Part shown: positions 43,707 through 52,631 of the stretch, piece by piece
How the letters are laid out: every line of letters begins with the position of its first letter
Numbering within the stretch: the stretch's first letter is position 1
Assembly (NCBI GenBank): GCA_965644315.1
Contig: CBFFRQ010000008.1
Span: forward strand, 42,927 to 106,926
Source of the DNA: Caecitellus pseudoparvulus
Lineage: Eukaryota > Protista > Bigyra: Bicosoecida
Length of the DNA: 64,000 bases
Direction: 5' to 3'
Notes under the pieces: model-generated
Databases searched by the model: none
Seen by the model: only the letters and a program-made list of their open reading frames with translations
Told to the model about the DNA's origin: nothing
Made by a program: the position numbers and the translations under genes

Positions 43707-46700
43707 ATGGGTGGTCCCACTGGTCACCCTGCACTTGTGCCTGCCCAGGCTGCTCGCCAGCCACGTCTGCGGCAGTGCAGACCGCTGCAACGCCTGGCAC
43801 TTCCCTGCGTCATTGCACTATGCTTTGCGCTGCTGCCCATCGGCCGCGGTGTCATAAACGAGACGTTTCCACAGGCACTACAACGTCAACTGCGTTTTCA
43901 GTCCTATGAGCCGATTCCCGCCTCCGCGTGGAGTGCAGGCGTCGCAGGCGACACGCTGGCCCTGAGCACAAAAGCACGCATTGGCGCCAGCTCACACAGC
44001 ACAGAGCACGATGCGACGCTGCTCGTGGAGGCCGCCCACGTGTCTGTGCATGAGGAGCTCCTGAGGTGGGACTTCAACATCAGCGTCAACGGCAGCCTGC
44101 CCCTTGCAGGCAACGCCTCCTCCGCTGCCATGCCACACGTCAGCTTCTGGGCAGTGGGCACGATGGTGGACCTGTTCGTGCAGGACCACGCGCCCATGCC
44201 GTGGGCCAACCGCAGCACCTGGCGCAACGCCTCCGCCACCATCCCGCTCCGTGCCGAGGGCTCCAGCACTGTGCACGAGGTGACGCTGCAAGGACCAGCC
44301 AACCTCTTCGTCATCTTCAAACTCGTGTGGACGCAGGGCTACCCCGAGCCCCGCGTGGCCTGCCACACAGTGCACAGGTGGCACCACTGGGCGTGGCAGC
44401 GTGTGGACGGTGCTCGGCTGTGCTCGGGGCTGGTGTGGGGCCACCCAGTCCTGCCCTCACACATCACACCCGCCCCGACGCCGGCTCACCCTCGCGCCTG
44501 GACACCAGGCACACACCACCTGCGTGCCGTGCTGCACGCTCCAGTGCAGGATGCATTGCTGCCCTTCCACATGGCTGCCGCTCTGCAACACCCACAAGAT
44601 GACCCTGTGCACTTGGAGATCCGAGGCCTCCAGATGCATTCCCTGCGAGCACTGCCTGAGGGCCCAGCAGCAGTCAGCTGGTCAGTGCAAGCGTGGAGTG
44701 CGGGGCAGCGTGTGCATGACCCTGGCAGTGGGCCACCTCACCCCCCTCGTGTCGAGCTCGTGCCAGTGACACTGAGCACCAAAATGGTCAGCATCGGAGA
44801 TACGCACGCATGTGCCATCACCGGTCCACATGCTGGGGTCAAGTGCTTCGGGGCAGGCGGCAACAAGCTCAACTTCTTCGCTGGCAAGGGCCGCCTGGGC
44901 TACGGCGGCATCGACAACGTCGGCGTGGAGAAGACGCTGAAAGACGTCCCCTTCGTGCAGCTGCCCCGCCCAGCCAGGCACATCCGAGCGGGGCAGCTGG
45001 CGACGTGTGCCACCCTCAACAACGGCACGCTGTACTGCTGGGGTGAGGGCGGCACGGGCATCTTGGGCCACGGCGGCGGGCATGATGTCGGGGACGACCC
45101 GGGTGAGACACCCCTGTCCTCCGGCCCCGTGCCCGTCGTGGGGCGCGTCACCATGACAGCCATCGGCGAGCAGCACGCCTGTGCTCTGCTGGACACAGGG
45201 CATGTGCGCTGCTGGGGCAGTGGCCTCGGAGGACGCACTGGGTACGCGTCGCAGAGCCCAATCCTGGACGCATCCACGGCCGGCATCGTGCGCCTGTCTG
45301 ACCTGGCCGTTTCCATTGACTCCATGTGGGGCTTCACATGTGCTCTGCTGGTGAGTGCCGATGTGCAGTGCTGGGGCACAGGGTCCTTTGAGCCGCTCGC
45401 AGGCGGCGCTGGGTGGCTGGGCCTGGGGTACCTCACCGATGTGGGGGACAATGAGCACCCTGCTGACGTCGGGCCCGTGCCGTTGGGCGGCAAGGTGCTG
45501 GACATGTCAGTGGGCATGTTCCACGCCTGTGCGTTGATGCTGTCTGGGGGTGTGCGGTGCTGGGGTGCCAACGATGAGTCCTTTCAGTTTAGTGGAGGTC
45601 TCTCATTTCCACTTTCTGGGCGCTTGGGCATCGGCAGCACAGCAAGCATGGGTGACGATGAGCCTGCCTCCGCCTCCCCCATCATCCAGCTGCCGTGGGA
45701 GGTGACCAGCATCTGTTCGTCATTCTGGAACAACTGTGTCACCACCGTGAGCGGGCAGTCCATGTGCTGGGGTGGCGAGGACTATGGTGAGGCGGGCGTG
45801 GGGCGTCAGAAGTACCCAGAAAGTGTGACGGAGAAGCGGTCCATCGGGGACGATGAAGTGCCGTGGATGCAGGGGTGGATGCAGAATGGCGCCCCCGTCA
45901 GCTTCATGAGCTGCGGCACCGCCAGTCAGTTCATTGGCCTGCAAGGCGGCGGCATCCGCTACATCGGCGCGCTGGGAGAGGGGCGCTCAGCAACAGGCAA
46001 GCTGCGCATCGCGGATACACGACGATATGAAGCACACCAGGTCATCCTCACACCACAAGCACTGCATGCAAAGCTTGCAGCAGTGAGTGTGCTGCGCCTG
46101 GCCGCTCCTGAGTTCACAGACACAGCCAGTATTCACATCGGGGACACCGTCGCATGCGCGCTGACGCGGTGGAAGGGTGTCAGGTGCTGGGGCCAGAACG
46201 TTTGGTTGAGGCTGGGAAGGGAAGAGCCTTCCACACATGTCGGGCGTGTCAGCCTGGGACAACGTTCCACGGCACTGCTGCTGCCTGGCCCGGTGGAGGA
46301 GCTGTCTGTTGGCTCAGATCACTCTTGTGCTCGACTGCAAGATACTACCGTGCGCTGCTGGGGGAACAACTGGGATTACCAAGGCGGAACTGGCCACTGG
46401 TACCTCTCAGCGGCATCCTCCACCCCAATTGCACTTGGTGGGACGCCAGTGGCCATCGCGGCCGGCCGCTCCCACTCCTGCGCTGTGCTATCGTCAGGAC
46501 AGGTGCAGTGCTGGGGACGTAATCTGTACGGTGAGAGATTCCACCCAAACTCGTACGTCTCATCGTCAGGTCAGCCTGCCAATGCCATCGCTCCTGCCAG
46601 GCAGGTGTGCGCTGGTTTTCACCTGACATGCCTGCTGCTCGATGACGGCCGCGTTCAGTGCGTTGGGTACACCTACTGGGGCATCCAGGGAACTGGAAGC

Positions 46701-49700
46701 ACCTTCTACACGACGGATACAACCTCTTTGTCCACGCTGAACTCGGTAGGCACCGTGCAGCTGTCTGAGCCTGCCAGCTCCATATCATGTGGCGACCATC
46801 ACGCTTGTGCAGTGCTGGCCAGCGGGTCTGTGCAATGCTGGGGCGCTGGCGGGTATTCGACGACCTTGCGGGCCAGGCTTGGACAGCCGGGCTTGACCAG
46901 CAGTCACATTGGAGACAACGAGACACCAGCCTCCCTCGGCCCTGTGCAGCTGTCTGGACCTGCTGTCGCGGTGGAAGCGGGCCCCATCCAATCCTGTGCA
47001 GTGCTCGCTACAGGCCATTTGCAGTGCTGGGGCCGGAACTTCAAGGGAGAGCTCTTCTACGGCCACACCGACACCGTCGGCGCCACCATCACACCGCATC
47101 AGGCTGGGCTCTCCCCACTGCCCCCCACAGTGCAGCAGGTGGCCGCTGGCTACGAGGCCACCTGCGTCCTGCTGCATGGCGGGCACATTCGGTGTGTCGG
47201 TGACAATTCTCAGGGCCTGCTGGGCTCGGGCTTCCCGGGCATCGTGGGCCAACATGGACTGCCTCGCTACATGCTCAACCCATCCCCACAAGTGCTAGAC
47301 CTGGGGCAGCATGTGGCCATTTCCTCCCTGCTGCCTGGTCTCCGCGCCCTGGGCAGTGTCATGCAGTGGGCCAGCATTGCCCAGGTACGCTCATGCCCCT
47401 CCTGCCCCATGAAGGACGTGGAGTCCCTCCCACCCTGGCTCATGAGCGTCATGCGTGGGGCCGAGTTCATCGACATGCTGCCCCCTGCCGCCTCCACCGG
47501 CATTCTGTGCCGGCAGCGCGGCATGCCGACGCGCTCTGGAGTGGACCTGTGTGCACCTTACCAAGCCTGCAGTCGTGACTTGGATGCATCTGCTGAGCTG
47601 CAGCCCTTCGCTGAGACGTGTGTGTGGCCCGAAGACTGGTCCATGGCCACCATCCTCCAAGTGACTGCCGTGACTGACCAGGCTGCACAAGGCAAGCCTG
47701 CAGTGTCGCCTGCCGCGGGGGGCCTGCAGGTGAAGCTGGTGGGGCGCTTCTGGCCCCTCACCATTCTCCGTCGCGAAGCCGTGCCGTTCACTGTCTTGAT
47801 AGGTGCCGCGCCCTGCACAGCCCCTCAGCTGGCGTCCGTGTCAGAGCTGACGTGCATCACGCCTCCACTGCCGAGCACAAACCTCACCTCCGGCGCTGCC
47901 ATCCGCATCGAGCACAGCGTCCCCAATGTCCCCAGCCCTGTGCGGAGTCCGCCTGATGTGGTGGTGCAGTATGCGCCGCCGCTGCTGAGCTTCGTGCAGC
48001 CAGCCCAGGATCTCCCCGTCACGGGCGCAGACGTGACTGTGCGTGGCGCGCACCTCGGCCAGACGCTGTCCAGCACGGCCAGTGTGCCTTGGCTCTTGCC
48101 GCTGGCTGCTGTGCACGTTGCTGTGCTGGAGCACCCCCTCGATGCGGCTCCAGCATCCCGCTGCAACGTGACGTCAGTGTCAGTGGCGTCCATTCAGTGC
48201 ACCATGCCGCCTGGCCTGGGCACGGTGTGGCTGCGTGTCACTGTGGCTGGGCAAACTGCCCTAGACATGCTACAGGTGTCATACGCGGCGCCCCTCGTCA
48301 CTTCAGTGGCGCCTGCCACTCTCCTGTGGTCCCCACCTGCCAACGCCAGCCAGGCGTCGCTCCACATCCACGGGTCAGCTCTGGGACTGCGAGCCCAGGA
48401 CTTGGACGTGACTGTCGCTGGCGCACCCTGTGGACAGATCTTGTGGCATGACAGCACCCACATCGAGTGTGCTGCCGTGAACACCAGTGCCGTGGACACA
48501 TCGGCTTCATCGGGAGATGTCATGCTTCGTGTGCTGTCCACTGGCCACGAGACAAGCCTGTCGGCAGCAGTGCGTGTCTTCGGACCCATGCGCGTCACAG
48601 GCGCAGCTCCATTGACTGTCCCATGGGGAGGCGGCGCCATGACTGTGTTTGGGCTGGAGTTTGGCCTGCTGGGAGTTGGGGGAAGCATCGACGCAGTGAC
48701 CATGAACGGCGTGCCCTGCACCGGAGTTGTGGTGTCGGCATCTTCTCTCTCGTGCTCCCTGCCGCCAGGAGTCGGTGGACTGTCCCCCATCGTTGTGCGG
48801 CGTGCCGCCGGCGCCGAGGCCCAGTTTGTCAGTGCGTCCTTGGCGTATGACACGCCCCGTCTCAGCCACACACAGCCCAGCGTCTTGTCTGCAGCGTTGC
48901 CTGGAGCTCAAGGCACCACCACTCTGACTGTGCACGGCCAAGGCTTCGGCCAGCCGGGTGCTTGCCCGGTGCAAGCAACGGTTGGATCACAGACGTGCGT
49001 CGTGCAGCATGTGTCCAACACCACGCTCCTGTGCACGGGCCTGAATGCGACGGCACTGCTCGCCGTAGCAAGTGCAACGGTGCAAGTAACTGTGGCTGGG
49101 CGCCCCTGCCCGTCGCCGTTAAACCTGCGCGTGCTGCAGAAGCCATCTGTGGCGGCCATGCAACCGTCGGTCGTGACGGCTGCGGGAGGCACGGAGGTGA
49201 CGCTGCTGGGTGTGGACTTCGGGGGGGGGGCTCTTTCCGATGTGCAGGAGGTGCTGATTGGTGCCGCCACCTGTGCCATCCTGCAGGTGAGCTCCACCAG
49301 CATCCGTTGCAGGACACCTTCCAAGCAAGTCGCTGGCGGGAGCCCTGTGGCGGCCACTGTGCGCCTTGCCTCTGGCTTCCAGGACACTCTGCCCAATGCC
49401 CTGATCTACACTGAAGCAGAGATCTTCCGCGTCGAAGGGGGCACCCTCATGCCTGCCGCTCGCCTGGGGGTCGCCACAGCGACACTCAGCGCTTTTGGCC
49501 TGGCCTTGGGTGCACCGGGCATGGCCAGTCCTGGCAATGTGTCCATCGCGGGTGTCGACTGTGCTGCGGCAGGTGGTGTTGCCAGCCTTGCTGCCAATGC
49601 CCGCAGTGTGACGTGTGACGGACTCGACCCTGGCTTCCTGCCACAGCAACAGGCTGGCTCAGCCACGACTGTGCAGCTGGTCGTAACGACCAATGAAGGC

Positions 49701-52478
49701 CTGCAGCTGACTGCACCTGCTGGCACGGTGCAGCTCCTGGGGCCACCACAAGTGGAAGCGCTGGTCCCGCCGCAGGTGCGTGCAGGGGAAGCCGTCGCTG
49801 TGCTCGGGCGCAACTTCGGCCTGCACCGTGGCGACGTTCAGGAGGTGCTGGTCGGCAGCATACCCGTGCCAGACGAGGCGTGGGAGTGGAACAGCCAGGG
49901 CAGCATCAGCATCACGGCTGTGCCCGAACCTGCCACCTTGGTCCTGTCCAGCCTCGTAGATCTGCCAGTGGTGCTGCGCCTGGCCAACGGCCACAGTGCA
50001 GTGTCCACCTCCCCAGCTGTCTTGACGTACGACGTGCCGCCCTCTGCCCCCCGCAACGCACCAGGCGAGCCCTGCCTGTACCGCGAGGGGCCAGGCGGCA
50101 ACATCAGGGCAAGCTTCCTGTGGGAAGATGACACTGCCACTCGACTTTCGCCTGTTGCGGCATGGATCGTGCATGTGTCTGTGCAGCCCTGGATGGAGGG
50201 CGGGCGGTACACCCAGCGAGTCGTGCCGACATCAGGCGAGTCGGTGGGCGACGTGCTGGTGTCGGACGCAGGGATTGGGCCGTGCAGTCACTTGCGAGTG
50301 GATGGGAGGAGCTCATCCACTCGTGTCATTGACTTGCGCATTCTGGAGTCGCCTCAACGCCCCGTGTGGGTGCGTGTCAGTGCGGCAACAGGCGTGGCAG
50401 ACCCTGCCCTGCGCGGCCCGCCCAGTGCTGTGGGTGGGCCAGTCTTCCCCCAGTGCCTGCCAGCGCAGTACATTGCCACTCAGCACGCGAGGCAGGGGCG
50501 GTGGGGTGGCGCCGTGTGCCTTGCCTGTCCCGATGGCGCCGTGTGTGGGGGCCTGCCGTGGGAAGGCATGCGGGCGGCTGCAGGCTACTACAGGGTGCCC
50601 TGGAGCGAGCATGGCCTGACGTTCCAGCGGTGCACAGACCCGACACTGTGCCCGCCAGCGGTCAATGTGCGCTTGACTGCGCAGCAGCTGGCGTATGTGC
50701 GCCCCCAATGGAACGTGACACGCCCCAACTCCACGTCAGAAGGGCAGCACCCCGGTCTGCCGGCAGCTTTCCAGGCCCAGCAGCTGGACATCCAAGCACC
50801 TGCCGAGGACGGCTTCACTGTGCAGCAGGGCGACGCATCGAACTCCTCCGCTGCAGAGCTGGCCGTGGCCTCGAACTGTGTTGCTGGGCACACTGGCCCC
50901 ATGTGCAGCAAGTGCGCTGTGGGGTATGGGCGCCTGGGCACGCCCCAGTGTGCGCCGTGTGAGGGTGGGTCCAGTCGCTCCATCGGGCTGATTTTCGTCT
51001 TCTTCGTACTCATGGTGGCGGTGGTGGTGTGGCTGGTGCGGGGTCAAGTGCGGACTCGTGGCTTGAGCAAAAAAGCGCACAGTGTTGCCAAGAAAGTCCT
51101 CGTCACGCACATACAGCAGACTGCCCTCATGATGTCCTTTGACCTGGAGTGGCCAGACCCCTTCAAGACTCTGCTTGCTGTGTCTGACACAGCTGCTGCC
51201 AGCAGCGCACAAATCGCATCCCTGGACTGCGTGCGCTCCAAGGAGGTGCCCAACGCGCCCAGCTCCTCCTTCCGCATGCAGGTTCTCCTCACAGTGGCCG
51301 CCCCTGCCATCATCCTCTCCGTATGCCTCCTGGGTGCTTTCGGGCTGGCTGCGCTGAAGTCTCGCCCCGACTGGGCTGAGGCTCGCCGCCGCGTCATTGT
51401 CGCCGTCCTGGTCGTGGCGTTCTTGTTTTACACGCCTCTCACTCGCACAGTCATGCAGCTGTTTACATGTGTGAGTGTGGGCGGGGAGCAGCGCCTGCTG
51501 AATGACTTGGAGGTGCTGTGTGACTCGTCTGGAAACTTGGCGTGGGTGTATGGCTTGGGCGTGCCGCTGCTCGTGGTGTTCGTCGCTGGCATGCCAGCGG
51601 CCATTGCCCACACCCTGTACAGTCGACGCACTCGTCTGCAAGACTCATCATGGCACCGCCGCACATTCGGCCTCATGTACTTGGGCTACAAGCCGCAGTA
51701 CTACTGGTACGAGGTGGTCATCATGGCCCGCAAGGCCCTGTTCGCCATGGTGCTCGTGGCGCTGCGCCCCATCGGGCTCCTGTGGCAAATGGCATTCGGC
51801 ATGCTCGTGCTGTCTGCAGCCTGCATCGCCTCTGCCACCTGGGCGCCCTTCATCAACCCCACCTTCAACTCCCTCGACTTGGCATCCTTGGCGCTGTCCA
51901 TGACCACACTGGCAGGCGGCGCCATTCTGTACCAGGGCGCAGTGGAGCAGCGCAGAGCAGACGCAGTCGGTGGCTCGCCGCCGTGGCCTCACTACAGTGT
52001 TGCAGGCCAGACTGTGACTGTGCTGCTCACCTTGGCCAATATCATCTTCGTCGTGGGCATGGTGGCTTGGATGGTGCGCTCCTTCTACAACGAGGAGATC
52101 TCCCCCCGCCTCAGCGTCGCCAAAGCCAAGCACAAAGAGGGCATCTTGAAGGCGTCTCGGCTGCATCAAAAGCTTGCCAAGGTCAGCAAGCTCTCTGACA
52201 AGCCCAAGAGCTCCGTGCTGGGGAAGGCTGGAGCTGTGCAGTCCCCAGATGCTGCGACTGTTGGGCAGGGTGCCAAGCATGCACCTGTCAGCGCTCCGGA
52301 CACGCCAGTTGCTGAATCATCACAAACAGGCATGGCCCAATCCCCTGTGGTTGCTCGTGGACGCGCACCCCAGGAGAAGACAGCCGTTGCAGCCGTTGCA
52401 GGAAGGTCAGTGTTGACGCCTGGCAGCCGTGCTGCACGTGTGCGAGCGAACTTGGCTGGGCCGCAATCGAGAAAGTAA
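43707..52478 (+). CDS. Giant RCC1-TIG-multiTM putative receptor, copy 3 (full length)
   Basis: Same length as copy 2 (offset 12054). Uninterrupted frame. Confidence 0.9.
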   Translation: MGGPTGHPALVPAQAARQPRLRQCRPLQRLALPCVIALCFALLPIGRGVINETFPQALQRQLRFQSYEPIPASAWSAGVAGDTLALSTKARIGASSHSTEHDATLLVEAAHVSVHEELLRWDFNISVNGSLPLAGNASSAAMPHVSFWAVGTMVDLFVQDHAPMPWANRSTWRNASATIPLRAEGSSTVHEVTLQGPANLFVIFKLVWTQGYPEPRVACHTVHRWHHWAWQRVDGARLCSGLVWGHPVLPSHITPAPTPAHPRAWTPGTHHLRAVLHAPVQDALLPFHMAAALQHPQDDPVHLEIRGLQMHSLRALPEGPAAVSWSVQAWSAGQRVHDPGSGPPHPPRVELVPVTLSTKMVSIGDTHACAITGPHAGVKCFGAGGNKLNFFAGKGRLGYGGIDNVGVEKTLKDVPFVQLPRPARHIRAGQLATCATLNNGTLYCWGEGGTGILGHGGGHDVGDDPGETPLSSGPVPVVGRVTMTAIGEQHACALLDTGHVRCWGSGLGGRTGYASQSPILDASTAGIVRLSDLAVSIDSMWGFTCALLVSADVQCWGTGSFEPLAGGAGWLGLGYLTDVGDNEHPADVGPVPLGGKVLDMSVGMFHACALMLSGGVRCWGANDESFQFSGGLSFPLSGRLGIGSTASMGDDEPASASPIIQLPWEVTSICSSFWNNCVTTVSGQSMCWGGEDYGEAGVGRQKYPESVTEKRSIGDDEVPWMQGWMQNGAPVSFMSCGTASQFIGLQGGGIRYIGALGEGRSATGKLRIADTRRYEAHQVILTPQALHAKLAAVSVLRLAAPEFTDTASIHIGDTVACALTRWKGVRCWGQNVWLRLGREEPSTHVGRVSLGQRSTALLLPGPVEELSVGSDHSCARLQDTTVRCWGNNWDYQGGTGHWYLSAASSTPIALGGTPVAIAAGRSHSCAVLSSGQVQCWGRNLYGERFHPNSYVSSSGQPANAIAPARQVCAGFHLTCLLLDDGRVQCVGYTYWGIQGTGSTFYTTDTTSLSTLNSVGTVQLSEPASSISCGDHHACAVLASGSVQCWGAGGYSTTLRARLGQPGLTSSHIGDNETPASLGPVQLSGPAVAVEAGPIQSCAVLATGHLQCWGRNFKGELFYGHTDTVGATITPHQAGLSPLPPTVQQVAAGYEATCVLLHGGHIRCVGDNSQGLLGSGFPGIVGQHGLPRYMLNPSPQVLDLGQHVAISSLLPGLRALGSVMQWASIAQVRSCPSCPMKDVESLPPWLMSVMRGAEFIDMLPPAASTGILCRQRGMPTRSGVDLCAPYQACSRDLDASAELQPFAETCVWPEDWSMATILQVTAVTDQAAQGKPAVSPAAGGLQVKLVGRFWPLTILRREAVPFTVLIGAAPCTAPQLASVSELTCITPPLPSTNLTSGAAIRIEHSVPNVPSPVRSPPDVVVQYAPPLLSFVQPAQDLPVTGADVTVRGAHLGQTLSSTASVPWLLPLAAVHVAVLEHPLDAAPASRCNVTSVSVASIQCTMPPGLGTVWLRVTVAGQTALDMLQVSYAAPLVTSVAPATLLWSPPANASQASLHIHGSALGLRAQDLDVTVAGAPCGQILWHDSTHIECAAVNTSAVDTSASSGDVMLRVLSTGHETSLSAAVRVFGPMRVTGAAPLTVPWGGGAMTVFGLEFGLLGVGGSIDAVTMNGVPCTGVVVSASSLSCSLPPGVGGLSPIVVRRAAGAEAQFVSASLAYDTPRLSHTQPSVLSAALPGAQGTTTLTVHGQGFGQPGACPVQATVGSQTCVVQHVSNTTLLCTGLNATALLAVASATVQVTVAGRPCPSPLNLRVLQKPSVAAMQPSVVTAAGGTEVTLLGVDFGGGALSDVQEVLIGAATCAILQVSSTSIRCRTPSKQVAGGSPVAATVRLASGFQDTLPNALIYTEAEIFRVEGGTLMPAARLGVATATLSAFGLALGAPGMASPGNVSIAGVDCAAAGGVASLAANARSVTCDGLDPGFLPQQQAGSATTVQLVVTTNEGLQLTAPAGTVQLLGPPQVEALVPPQVRAGEAVAVLGRNFGLHRGDVQEVLVGSIPVPDEAWEWNSQGSISITAVPEPATLVLSSLVDLPVVLRLANGHSAVSTSPAVLTYDVPPSAPRNAPGEPCLYREGPGGNIRASFLWEDDTATRLSPVAAWIVHVSVQPWMEGGRYTQRVVPTSGESVGDVLVSDAGIGPCSHLRVDGRSSSTRVIDLRILESPQRPVWVRVSAATGVADPALRGPPSAVGGPVFPQCLPAQYIATQHARQGRWGGAVCLACPDGAVCGGLPWEGMRAAAGYYRVPWSEHGLTFQRCTDPTLCPPAVNVRLTAQQLAYVRPQWNVTRPNSTSEGQHPGLPAAFQAQQLDIQAPAEDGFTVQQGDASNSSAAELAVASNCVAGHTGPMCSKCAVGYGRLGTPQCAPCEGGSSRSIGLIFVFFVLMVAVVVWLVRGQVRTRGLSKKAHSVAKKVLVTHIQQTALMMSFDLEWPDPFKTLLAVSDTAAASSAQIASLDCVRSKEVPNAPSSSFRMQVLLTVAAPAIILSVCLLGAFGLAALKSRPDWAEARRRVIVAVLVVAFLFYTPLTRTVMQLFTCVSVGGEQRLLNDLEVLCDSSGNLAWVYGLGVPLLVVFVAGMPAAIAHTLYSRRTRLQDSSWHRRTFGLMYLGYKPQYYWYEVVIMARKALFAMVLVALRPIGLLWQMAFGMLVLSAACIASATWAPFINPTFNSLDLASLALSMTTLAGGAILYQGAVEQRRADAVGGSPPWPHYSVAGQTVTVLLTLANIIFVVGMVAWMVRSFYNEEISPRLSVAKAKHKEGILKASRLHQKLAKVSKLSDKPKSSVLGKAGAVQSPDAATVGQGAKHAPVSAPDTPVAESSQTGMAQSPVVARGRAPQEKTAVAAVAGRSVLTPGSRAARVRANLAGPQSRK

Positions 52479-52631
52479 ACCGCCTTTCAACCAATCACGT
52501 TTACAAAATGCATGATCTGTAGCTTAACTCACGGCGGCAAAGTGTCAAGCATTCGCACAATCCCGACGGCCGGCAAAATTCCCAACCCAGCTTTTCAATG
52601 AAGTGTTCCAGCGACCCGATTAGATGTCAGA

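Larger units (their letters stand above)
18355..52555. repeat. Tandem segmental triplication of a ~12 kb unit (copy 1 ~18355-28690, copy 2 ~28690-40738, copy 3 ~40738-52555)
   Basis: Near-identical sequence at offsets of 11820/12048 (copy 1 to 2) and 12049-12054 (copy 2 to 3). Each unit begins with the 3' end of the 16104-18672 gene. Confidence 0.97.

Noticed and set aside
18355-52555. Triplication as a pure assembly artefact or a transposon
   Set aside because: The copies have distinct frame-preserving substitutions, deletions and diverged junctions, and I saw no transposase, terminal repeats or target-site duplication. Long-read confirmation is still desirable.
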